Source: Phoronis australis | Lineage: Eukaryota; Animalia; Phoronida | NCBI GenBank assembly: GCA_002633005.1 | Contig: NMRA01000254.1 | Coordinates: 307,765-371,764, forward strand | Direction: 5' to 3' | DNA length: 64,000 nt | Shown here: positions 26,399-37,857 of the stretch, in pieces | How positions within the stretch are numbered: the first letter of the stretch is position 1 | How the letters are laid out: each line of letters begins with the position of its first letter | Notes under the pieces: model-generated | What the model was told of the DNA's origin: nothing | The model's database searches: none | The model's input: only the letters and a program-made list of their open reading frames with translations | Position numbers and translations under genes: made by a program

Positions 26399-26674
26399 TC
26401 GACCTTGCCTATGGCCGCCCTACGCTGCAATCAGGAGAAACAGGTACCAACGGAAGGAAACCGCAAGGATGGGGAGGATCGCAACTGGCTGTGGACGGCA
26501 ACGATAGTCCAGACTTCTCAGAAAACAGCTGCACCCATACACCAAGTGTTTCCCATCCATTCTGGATAGTCGATGTTGGCGGGGGAGAACATGAGCAGCA
26601 CCAAGAAGGAGAGGAACCTCGTTCTCGTTACTACCCGATAAAATATGTCATGATAACAAACAGGCTTGCGGCTG
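26399..26674 (+). CDS. Mosaic receptor: F-type lectin domain, N-terminal half
   Basis: VDLAYGRPTLQS...LAVDGN...SCTHT...PFWIVDVG...VMITNR matches the fucolectin/FTLD consensus; AG/GT bounded, 276 nt. Confidence 0.85.
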
Positions 26675-28659
26675 GTAGGTGAAAGCATTCATAATATATG
26701 CGGGAGATTAAACTACCTTAGCTCCTATCTTTAATGGTAATACACGTGACTTTGGCTGCTACCGTATGCTTTAAGGACTGCTCTCAGCACACCAATGGCA
26801 TTAATTGCCATATGTGATGATCCGTTTTCCTTATTCACTTACATTCGGCTACCATACGTCACCGCAATAATCCTGACGTGGCCTTTTTTTCAGGCACCTA
26901 TTAAACAAACCACCTGTCTTGTGTTCCTGCAGTGACGCTGTATGGCAAGAGGTGGCTTCTTTACTTTACACTTAAAGACGTATTTGCATGTTCCTAGTCA
27001 TGCTCATGTATGGCAGAAACTGAACAACAATGCTCTTTTTACGTAAACTACGCTAAACAACACGCAGTTGTGTNTCCTATCTTTAATGGTAATACACGTG
27101 ACTTTGGCTGCTACCGTATGCTTTAAGGACCGCTCTCAGCACACCAATGGCATTAATTGCCATATGTGATGATCCGTTTTCCTTATTCACTTACATTCGG
27201 CTACCATACGTCACCGCAATAATCCTGACGTGGCCTTTTATTCAGGCACCTATTAAACAAACCACCTGTTTTGTGTTCCTGCAGTGACGCTGTATGGCAA
27301 GAGGTGGCTTCTTTACTTTACACTTAAAGACGTATTTGCATGTTCCTAGGCATGCTCATGTATGGCAGAAACTGAACAACAATGCTCTTTTTACGTAAAC
27401 TACGCTAAACAACACGCAGTTGTGTTCATTGACATCTTGGAAACGTGAAAACAAAAAAAATTCTGAAAATAGGTGATCTCGTGGGGTCACATGGCCCGCA
27501 TAATGAAATGTTATGCCTCAGTACCACTTCACGATACTTACTGGACACGGTTCTTTACGCCAACTCATGACGGTTGAGATGGATGTTTAATGAATAACGC
27601 AGAACGCCTCAAAACAAAACACCGGCCTGCATCATTTTCAGTCGCGGTCCCGAGTCCCCTTATGTATGGGTAAGCAAAGTTTGAAACCCAATGATTTGCC
27701 ATTCAATGAGAAAAAAATCAAATACGTATCGTTTTTGGTCATCGGACCACCAGATAGATTTTCAAAAAAGATACAAACCAGAACCAACTATGGTTTTTGC
27801 CTTGATTTACGTTTTCTTTCGTTACTATGTTATTGCTGGTAGTATACGGGGAGAATAATACATCTAGAATAATATCAAACCGTTCAAAGGAGGCTTTAAT
27901 TTAGGATTATAAATAACCTTATCTGTTGTCTGTGCATTTAGCCAAATCTCTCCTTTATCATGTTATTTAACTCTGTAAAAGCTTATAATTATACAATCAT
28001 GCACGTTTTCAATTGAAGTTGTAAACCTACACGTATACAAATGCTGCATAATACATTTTTTTGCGATTAACAAGACCATGCAATTTCCTTAAAATTTAGC
28101 AAATATAAAGGAACATTCATAGCGGAACGATAATATCATTACCATGTCAAAAACTCCGACACAGATTTTCGTTTTCCTTTGATGGAAGACTTAATTTTTT
28201 CATAAAACCCTTAATGGTCATAGATTTGATGGCATGCAAAACAGATCTTGTGAAGGATTTGAGAACAACGAGTAGATTATAGTATCAGAATATTTCATTC
28301 GAATCTGAGAAGCTAGTTTCGAGACATGATATTCCGAAACTAGACAAATTTTGGTCTTTTAAAGCCAAACTTAAGCGTCACCTAATCGTCTGTTATGTGT
28401 TTGAAGAAACAGTAAAGGTTTGCGATCACTTGTAAAGAACATGTTCTTTGTTGAATGGTCAGCACTGTTTACACAAAACCTCGGGATCAAATGTTCTCTT
28501 TTGTCTTACTTCAGTGTTATTCTTGCCTCGGTCTAAAGGTACATGTAGGAGCGACCCTGTTTTATTTGATTTTAGTTTACCATAGTAACCGTCTTGAAAC
28601 TTGCTTTATGTGGCAACAGTACCTTGAGTTGACAAAATTATTGTTTATTTGCAAATAAG

Positions 28660-28866
28660 GTGAAAGACTGAAAAACTTCAAGGTAATCGTCTTTGAAGAT
28701 AGCGCTCGCCATCTTTGCTATCACTTCCGCGGCGAATTTCCGGCAGGTGGCACGAGGTTACTGAGGTGCGCCGACGACATCCGCGGTCACTCCGTGCAGA
28801 TCATGATTGCAGGGGATTCTAAAATACTAAGTCTGTGTCAAGTGGCTGTGTTCCAGGAATACCCAG
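28660..28866 (+). CDS. Mosaic receptor: F-type lectin domain, C-terminal half
   Basis: GERLKNFKVIVF...LC...GGTRLLRC...GHSVQI...ILSLCQVAV; aataag acceptor, gtaggg donor, 207 nt; missing from the ORF track. Confidence 0.85.
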
Positions 28867-29265
28867 GTAGGGAAATATGAGCAAAAGTGCACTGCGTATA
28901 TCCTGCCCAGATTATTAAACGTACTGTATGTAAAGGCAATCTACATGTACGATTCATTATCTGGGCTGAGCAGCACATCGTGAAGACTATTATCTCCTTC
29001 ACTCGCTAGGCGTCGTTCACGTACAGTGGCATTAGCTTTTAGCGAACAGGAGCAGCTGAATTTTGTGGGATCCTGAGCCTTTTTATAGTTAAGGGAAGCC
29101 ATAACTCGACACTGGTTATCTAAAATCATCTTTAAGAATATTTGATAAGATTTCTGGGGTTGGATAGAACTGACAGTAGGTTGTTAATTGGTTTTTGTGA
29201 CTTTATAGACCGAGCATGACCTCAAGCATTCAGGAACTGTCGGTTATTTCTTTCACTTTAGAAGT

Positions 29266-29486
29266 TACAGCGATGGTTAATCCCTTTACAAGATACAGCG
29301 ATGATTAGTCTCTTTACAAGATACAGCGATGATTAGTCCCTTTACAAGATACAGGGATGATTAGTCCCTTAACAAGATACAGCGATGATTAGTCCCTTAA
29401 CAAGATACAGCGATTATTAGTCCCTTAACAAGATACAGCGATGATTAGTCCCTTAACAAGATACAGCGATGATTAGTCCCTTTACA
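29266..29486. repeat. Minisatellite, about 8 x 28 bp (tacagcgatgattagtccctt[t/a]acaaga)
   Basis: Head-to-tail repeats with no spacers, intronic. Confidence 0.95.
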
Positions 29487-30164
29487 GAAGCCATTTTCGT
29501 GACATCACTGTTGAATGTTTCTCAAATATATTTTACCAAACTGAGTTGCAAAACCCAGTAAAGGTTGTTGTTTTCGATAACTTGACGACAGTGGCGATAG
29601 CTTGAGCCCTCTTTAAAGGAACTTTATCGATTTCACTACAGGAACTCAAACGTTTGGGACTTTTCGGGACGTGAGCTATTTTTCGAGACGAGTTTTTCAG
29701 TTGTCCAATACAAATAATTGACTAAAGGACATTGTCCATTTTACGGCCGAAAATAAATTTTAGGATTATTCTTGCCATTGTCTGTCAGGCATTTGCTGAA
29801 ATCAAGCCAGGCGACTTCACTGGTTAAATGCGCTTAAAATACTCTGGCATTTATCAATGAGGTTAAGCTCCGCCAGCATAATGTTTGACTACGACTGCGG
29901 GGGTTCCAGGGTTTAGTTCAATAATTGTCTCTTTTTCGAAAAAGTAGCCAAAGTCACGTGCTCTCATTGGAAATGCACGGCGATATCGCGCGGAATCGCG
30001 CAAGATCTTGCTTTTCTAGCACGGCACTATCGTTAGTGAACTCTACCCAGGTTCGATTCCGCGCCGAGGCTGGTACAAGTGTACCTGTGCTTTTCTCGCC
30101 GATGATGTCCCTATAATGTGACACGATTGTTTTAATACTGCTCATTAAACGCTCTTTCTCCCAG

Positions 30165-30335
30165 GTTGTTGGGAAGCGGGTAAAGAAGAACCAAGCAAAC
30201 CGGTGCACGTTGACTTCACGGGCAGAGACTGTCTCGATCATTGCAAACTGCCACATCTTGGCGAACATCCTGCATGTCGCGTTGGAATCGATGGTCGAAC
30301 GCAAATGAACAAGTGCACAATACCGCCGTGTATAA
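30165..30335 (+). CDS. Mosaic receptor: compact six-Cys kringle-like domain
   Basis: GCWEAGKEEPSKPVHVDFTGRDCLDHCKLPHLGEHPACRVGIDGRTQMNKCTIPPCI; tcccag acceptor, gtacgt donor, 171 nt, phase 1-1. Confidence 0.7.
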
Positions 30336-30569
30336 GTACGTATGCAATGAGAGTGTACTATTCTGTTAAAGGTGAATGTCTGGTTAAACGGGATCAACTG
30401 GCTATTTTGGTTGTCAAGCCAAATGTCATCAGGAACCAATACAAGTTTATGTAAATAAGACGACAGTAAACGAATTTCAAACCCAGAAGAACTTGAACAC
30501 ACAAGGATGTAAAACAGTGCTAAAATGCATCAAATGTGGCCCATTCTAATTCATTTGCATGCTTAAATA

Positions 30570-30655
30570 CACACATACATACATGTATATTCATGCATTC
30601 ATACATACATACATACATACACACATACATACAAACATACATGCACAGATGCATA
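30570..30655. repeat. (CATA)n-type microsatellite
   Basis: Imperfect catacatacata run. Confidence 0.85.
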
Positions 30656-31134
30656 TGTATTTAAGTGTACATTGATATATGCATATACAATAAATATTTA
30701 GACAGACATCTAGTGAGGCTTTAATGAATGCTGTTCCGCTGATGAGGTTATTACCTTAGGACATCCGGTTTTACACGACAGTGCGTCACGAGTAGTGATA
30801 TGAAGCAATAACGTAACACTATTTGTTCCCTTTTGTACTCCCATAGGAGCCCGTGAGTGTTTTTACGACTTCTTTTGAATTTGACCAGCTTGCCTGCCGA
30901 AGCAATATCGTTCTTCATAGACTATTTTGCGGTTCTACGACAACGTCATCATTTTATCCTTCGCTTGAAAGGAGACCGTGACAAGCAACATCTTCCCACG
31001 CATGCCGAGAATGAAACCATTCCTAACATAGGCAGAGAATAAGACGAGGCCTATTCTAAACCGGTAGCTGGTTTAAACCAGAAATGAATTTTGATAGGGA
31101 GGTGCGGGTTAATTTCCCCTTTTACTGTTCACAG

Positions 31135-31320
31135 ACGATTTTGAACCAGTATTAGAATGGAGCGAGTGGACACGCTGCTCGGAAACGTGTGGCAAGGATA
31201 GCTACAGGTTGAAGCTGCTGAAAAGATGCCATCGACCAAGGTATAGCGGAACCCCTTGTCCGTCAAAGGCCGCAGTCGGCAACATAACAGAAAAATGTGT
31301 TGTTCGTAAATGCACACTTA
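31135..31320 (+). CDS. Mosaic receptor: thrombospondin type-1 repeat
   Basis: WSEWTRCSETCG...YR...CHRPRYSGTPCP...EKCVVRKC; ttcacag acceptor, gtaagt donor, 186 nt; missing from the ORF track. Confidence 0.88.
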
Positions 31321-31830
31321 GTAAGTAGCCTATATGTGAACCCTCTAGGTTGGGTGGCGTTACCTTGACAGTGTGACGCAGTTTTTGCAATACAGCCTCT
31401 TTTACAACCGCATTTCCTGAACGTTCCGCGTTCGAATTGTTTCACTGAATACTAAAGTTCTATTGCCCGCCTAATCTGGACCAGTTCGTGTATGCCAACA
31501 AAACTACTTATGAGGCATCACACACCTGACACACATTAAGTAGAAACCCCGTGAATAGGAGGAGACTAGGGAGCTGCTTGATATTTCTGATTTGGGTGCA
31601 GCACTTAATGTCTTTACACCTCTCGACCACTGTGAACCGACCAAGGTCATTCCCAAAAACGCAAGTGGACTCGTGTGCCGTGTCGCACGTTTTGATTATC
31701 CCCCTTTTCCGGAAGAGAGTTTATGCACGCATACACGTTAGTTATTTAATCCTTCCAAATAAAAAAATATTCTTCCTAAAAGTAATTGATGATGACTAGG
31801 AGTTGATCACTCGTAGTTCTTTCGCTGTAG

Positions 31831-32208
31831 GACATGGCGTGAAACTAAAACTGAAGACGGTTAAGTTGTTCGCCAGAGAAAACTTCCCCGTCACTTTGCA
31901 GTGCAATTACACTGTGGACGAAAGTTTTGTCGTGACTGGTGTGAGATGGTGGAAAAGCACACAAGATGCTTCTAGTATGACGAAATTCTTCGAGAAAACA
32001 TGGAGTGGCGGAAGCCCACACGCCACCGGCAGCATACACACCGGAGATGGTGAATTTCTAGGAAGTGCGCAGCTTCCAAACGGAGTTGCTGGATACAGGA
32101 TTTTCAGTGTAAGAAAGGAGGACGAAGGAAGATACAAATGCGCAGTTGAAGCAACATCTGGAAAAGATGACGGAGAGGTGTCAGCTGAAATAGACTTGAG
32201 AGTCAGTA
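31831..32208 (+). CDS. Mosaic receptor: Ig domain 1 (V-like, type A)
   Basis: VTLQCNY...VRWWK...EDEGRYKC; AG/GT bounded, 378 nt. Confidence 0.9.
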
Positions 32209-33757
32209 GTAAGTCCATATTTGTTTACAATCCAACGTATTGCTTCAGTTTAGCTACAGTGTAGAACATCAGTGTACTCACGATCGACATCGTATGCACA
32301 ATCGACACCCTGTTTTTACCCGTTATATTGAATTCCGTACAAGTCTTGGACACAAAGAACCGCGTGCGCGCCATCTTGCTTACTGAATCGCGCGTGCGCA
32401 AAATCTTGTTTTCATGAACGCGGGGTTGAAGTTGAAGTTGTAGAGGTAGCAGACGACTTGTATGTTTCCATTTTTCATCTTTGAAGAAATTGTAAATTTA
32501 AAGCAGAACATTAAATAGTACTGAAAATTCCTATGTAAATTTAATTTAATTGAATAACTACTCGTCAGGAAATCATTACGTGCTTCAGGAAACGATGAGG
32601 TCTGTGATGTCGATCATGGGTACACATTTTTGTGAACCAAGGGAGTTGTCTCCTATCTCTTGACCTATTAACACTTAGCTGACGCTATTTGAAAGCCCAA
32701 CAAAGTATGTATCATTACATCAAGTAAGCTTTTCCAGAAATACCATGGAATGTTCACGGAAGTGAAAAATACGGTAAAAGGCTGTTCAAGATAGGCACAT
32801 CTTTGCCAAGTCTTGACTGGATTTCTCACAATCAAGTATTATGACCATAGTTCTAACCTCACCAGTTGCACTTCTTTGACAATGTTAAGTAAATTGTCTT
32901 TTCTTACAATCGATAGACGTACTAATTCTATCGAAAGAGAAGCTAACTTTATGCTTTGAAAGTGTTGACGTGACTGCACGCTACCAAAAATTTATTCCTG
33001 TCTGTGAAATGTAGCATGAACGTGATGAATAAATGACCAAACACAGGGCGTAAACTTACTAAGTAGCGTTCTCACAGCTTATGCCAGGTATTTTCCTTCG
33101 AAAGAGTTGTCTTTTTACGAGAAAAGCATGACGTATTCAATGTGTCACGGAACCTCCTACATGTTTTTGCTACTTGTATCTTCAGGAACCAAAGTACCAA
33201 AGTAGGGAGCAGTTTGTGGTTGATGAGCTCAACTTTATATTACAACGTGTTGCTTGCAGACAACTTGTAGGATTCTTTTTATTATCACACCCGAAACACG
33301 TTAAAATATGCGAAAATAGTTTTTCTTTTCTGGCAATGTCTTTCTGGTAAAATTAAAACGTCCATCGATAGAGATAGTGACCGCACCGATAGAGATAGAA
33401 GTACGCCGATAGGGACAGTGGTAATTAAGCCGATGATTTGTCTGTCGATAAATGTAGTGACTGTACTTTTAGAAATTGTTAGAAGATAGCACTAACAAAA
33501 GAGTTCACGTGTTCACCTGAATAAATGTTGTTAACGAGAACGCCTCTGCAGTTTGCCACAAATGAGGACAAACTGTATTTGGAGACCGATCAGAAAGAAA
33601 TTTCAAATCATAGTTTCGTGCCCTTTATGATTAATGAATTATTAGAAGGCCTACAGTTTGTAGATTGCAGTGTTGTTCGTTTCGACAAGATGCAGGTCTC
33701 ACTTCCATCTGTTTCCATGTAGAAGTGTTCAACCTTAAACATGACTACCATTCGAAG

Positions 33758-34102
33758 GTCCACTTGTGATCAGTCTCCCTCGAGAGACGTTTGCTTACGA
33801 CAACACTACAGTCAAAGTTGAGTGTCGCGTCTCCAGCATTGCTAAGGAATTTCCCATTACTCGGGTGGAATGGTTCTTCAACGGTCACAAAACCGTATCA
33901 TACAATGTACGGCACGACAGAGAATCACCGGATGTAGGAGGTCGACTGAAATGGAGATTCTCAAAAACCAGCCTGACCAAAGTTGAAAGCAAGTTATTTC
34001 TTGACCAAGTAAACCAACAAGACCTGCTCTCGAACATCACCTGTGCTGCTAAAGCACAGGGCGACTGGTTCGCCAATGCGGTCTCGTTCCTTTATGTAGG
34101 TG
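33758..34102 (+). CDS. Mosaic receptor: Ig domain 2 (type B)
   Basis: VECRV...VEWFFNG...ITCAAKAQGDW; 345 nt, phase 1-1. Confidence 0.88.
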
Positions 34103-34425
34103 GTAAGTGATGGTGATTTATGGAAAGTTTAACCACTTCATCCATTGGACTATTGAAAATGAATAGACATACTGTATTTCAGATTGACCTATTACTATTT
34201 TAAGTGCATAGGTTACGATCACATTTAATGTGATTCTATAATAAATAAGTCGACACAATGTTTACAACGTAGAACAAGAAAAATGCACTAAATGATAATT
34301 ATTTGACATGAATCAACTAAAGGCAGACTAACAAAAATATGATGCACCAAACAAACCTGACCTTTGTTTGTTTTAGATTGCGTTGAATGAAAAGCATATA
34401 AGTTATATTTGTCATTTATTCCAAG

Positions 34426-34815
34426 GCCTTTCAAATTCAGTAACCGTTCAGCCTTCTCGCGTCTACACCAAGCCAGGAGCTAGTGTTATTTTGCCGTGTC
34501 GGTATAGCGTAGAATCTGGCTTCATGGTAAGATCCTTGGAGTGGAGGGAACACCCTGGTGATAGTGCTCTTTTCAAACAAGAGTGGATTCGTGACATGGC
34601 GATTGCCTGGTGGCGTGATAACCTGCATTTTAGCGACAGTGCTTACCACACTGACTTTGGAGAGTTCTTGGGAAACAAAAAGAAGCCGCTAGGAAGGGCT
34701 AACCTCAGGCTATTTAAAGTGAGGAAAGGTGGCAAATATTCATGCATCATGAAGGTTCGCTCGTCAACAGGGGAAGACAAAGCATACGATGATGACATTG
34801 ACGTTATTTTGGGCA
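34426..34815 (+). CDS. Mosaic receptor: Ig domain 3 (V-like, type A)
   Basis: VILPCRY...LEW...GEFLG...GKYSC; 390 nt, phase 1-1. Confidence 0.9.
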
Positions 34816-34831
34816 GTGAGTAGTTAATTAA

Positions 34832-36294
34832 AGTAGAAGGCAACATTTTTTCATGTCACTTTTCGTAAAAATACAATTCTCTGATTATCCCAGACATCTG
34901 TTTCAATTAATTACGGCTTCTCGTACTTTGATTAATTAGTCGTGCCCTACTCCGGAAGTGACGTTTAGGGAATTAAAAATTTCATGCCATTTTGTTTCTG
35001 CGTTTGAGTGTACTGTGAAGATCTCTTCGTCCTGGTTTCCTAACTTTGACGTCACCATTTCCCATCGACGAGTATTCTAAGACAAACTGGGTTGTTACAG
35101 AAATCAATTACTTTGTATTCAGGGATCGTTTAGTTTGTAGTAGCCTGAAAATGGCTGGATTCGGCGACCCATATCACAGACACAGTGACGTAGTGACGAG
35201 GAATTTTTTTAACGAACGGTCAGTCTGTGGATACTGTATTTGAGCCCGAGTTTAGTGAGGTACAACAGGCACAGGCAGCTGTTGAGAGGTATGAGGCACA
35301 GACTGAGAACGTCTTGGTCCAAATCCACGGCGTACACTGTTATGCCGACCTCAATGGAATGCATGTGCTGTTCCCAGTAGATGGTGACTTGAGCATCCAA
35401 ACCGCTTACATGTACATCCTGCCGTGTGACTCCGTTGTCACACACCTAGCTCCAATACTTTAATCAAGTCCACAATAAACTTATTAAAGTTTGGCCTGAT
35501 CACTGGACGACGAACTGTCCTCCTCACTGGGTGTCGAACTGTATTCACTCCCACTACTCGACATCTCTGCAAGGCTGCTTACAGGCTCTGGGCAGGAGGC
35601 AACACCAGCATAGGGCAAATCACTGCTAGTTCCCGGAATTTCACGCTCTGGGGTACGTTCTGAGGTACGGGTGACATTAGATGAAGGCAGGCTCCAGTCA
35701 CAGGGGCTCGCGAGGCTTCTCGCCTCAATATGCACTCCTCGGGGGTGGCAACGGGACAGTGCCGGGAATCAACAGCGTTGTTTTACAGGACCCTTCATCA
35801 ATTCCGCAAAAACATCTCTTTCGTAATCACACGGAAGAAAATGCTTGCCACGCACTCGGTACTTCACATATTGCTTTGAACGTTTTGTGGACGGGTAAAG
35901 CTGCGTTCTTCACACGAACGAGCCAATTACGACGAAGTGTGTCATCTTTCGGAGAGCGAAGTAATGACATTCCCAAAGTGCGAGTGAGACGATAATGAGT
36001 TCATTCCGGTACGCAGCAAGCTTGCGGCATGTTGACTGAGTCGTAAACAAACGCAAACAACGAATGAACTTATCACAAGCGAGGTAAAACAATGACTGAC
36101 TCGACAGCTCACATAGTCAGACTATATGAAAACACTATGTCCGGAACTTCTTAACCCCGTAAACGTCACTTCCAGAGTAAGGCACGGCTAATTAATAAAA
36201 TTACCGGAAGACAGTAATTAACTGAAGATATGCTTGGGATAATCAGCGAACCGTATTTTTACTAAAATTGACATGAAAAAGGTCGCCTTCTCCT
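34832..36294 (-). mobile_element. Kolobok copy 3 (older, internally deleted, intronic)
   Basis: TTAA flanks at 34828-34831 and 36295-36298; diverged TIRs; KolX relic on + (MAGFGDPY...FEPEF...MPTSMECMCC) joined to a transposase/THAP relic on -. Confidence 0.82.
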
Positions 36295-37488
36295 TTAATG
36301 CTTTGTAAGTCGAAAATAAACATTGTATAAAACCAGTATTAGCTGTTGCCGGAACCAATTGTCGGAGTGTCAATACATTTGAAACTTGCGACAAGGCGAG
36401 AAATGTTCTTTCGAGTGATAACCTGCATAACACACGGCGTCAAAGTAATACTCAAGAAACTAACTCGTGTGAAAGAATGAGTGCCATCTTGGTCTGCTTC
36501 GGTAGTTTCTCAGTTTTGTTTTTGTCGAATTTAACAAGGAGTAGCTCCAGGAACGAGTTTCAACTTACACAGCCAAATTTCTCAAGTGGAACAAACTCGA
36601 GTCAAATTTTGTCAGATGCTTTTCACTCAGTCGTCAAAGAACAAGTTGTTTTCGAAACAACTTGCATCTCTATTAAATGCAGTGTTTAAATTATACACAT
36701 ACCACCCAACCAGGAAACAGATCGTACATGTAATCCGCTGTCTAAATGTTAAAAGGGTACCAAACCCGGCTTCAGGTAATCAATAGATACTAAAAACGAC
36801 TTTCCCATCCAGTACTATGAAAAAATAATGCTCAGCAACCTTTGACAACCCTCAACAGTTTGGAGGAAAAATTGAGAATTGCTTTCAAAGTCTGCTAAAC
36901 GGGGCAAGCGTAACCTACGCTTTTAGCAAATTAAGTGGCAACAGTGGGAAAAGACCACCAACCAAGGACCATCATATCCAATCTGTGACATAGAGGGTAT
37001 GTGTTTTAATTGATGCTACATTTAACGTGGAAGGTTGACCCCAATGATGCATTAGCAGGTGACACATCAAAACAATTTTTAGTATCCTTTGAAAACATGA
37101 ACGGTGGGTCGAGGTGTGTCTTCTCATCACCTATCAGACGGCGAATATGCCCTCTTACCGTGAGAATCTTGCCGGTACTTTCCAAGATGACGCAGCTTGT
37201 ATTTAGACTTTCTCTTTTCGCGAGTAGTGACTGCACCTAATACATTTTGAATATTTCCTCCCCAGATGATTGTTAGGACGTAATCGGTCGGTTTAAGCAG
37301 CTGATCCGCTTTCTGTTCCGGCGTCCTACATACATGTACTGTCTCAAAAATTTTTGAACGTTGTATTACTTTACTTCTTTCCTCTTTCATTCATGTATTT
37401 GTGTAAGTAATTAAATCTACCATTTCCTTTGTGTTTGAGCTGTTATGTCAGACTTAGTGAAACAAAATTTGTCTTTCATATTTGTCAG

Positions 37489-37857
37489 ATCCTGTTTTCG
37501 GCACAATCTCTCAAAGAGCATTTGCTCCCAGAGGTTCAACTGCCAAAATTTCTTGTCAAGTTGCAAGCCACAGCCCGAGGAACTTTCTATGGAAAATTGG
37601 GTGGTTTAAGAACGAACAACTGATTGGCTTTTACCAATTTGACGACCACGGCCCTTCATGGAATCTCAAACAAGGACAGGTGATAGACAATCGTATTCAC
37701 ATTGAGCCCGGACGCCATACTTGTACGCTTCACAAATGCGGCATCTCGCTTCTTCTGGAGGACGTAGGGTACGCTGACGAGAAGTCAAAGTTCACGTGTT
37801 ATGCGAGTGCTCAAGGAAACTGGGTGCTAGAATTGTACTCTCGAATTCACGTGGGTG
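37489..37857 (+). CDS. Mosaic receptor: Ig domain 4 (type B)
   Basis: AKISCQV...IGWFKN...FTCYASAQGNW; 369 nt, phase 1-1. Confidence 0.88.

Noticed and set aside
26723-27424. 351-bp direct duplication
   Set aside because: The copies abut a single N and differ by only a few bases; most likely an unmerged allelic contig overlap.
29266-29486. 28-bp repeat array of CRISPR-like unit length
   Set aside because: Units are contiguous with no unique spacers, lie in a eukaryotic intron, and there are no cas genes; it is a minisatellite.
30847-31042. Candidate extra receptor exon after ccatag
   Set aside because: The phase-1 frame hits a stop within about 10 codons and no domain motif is visible.
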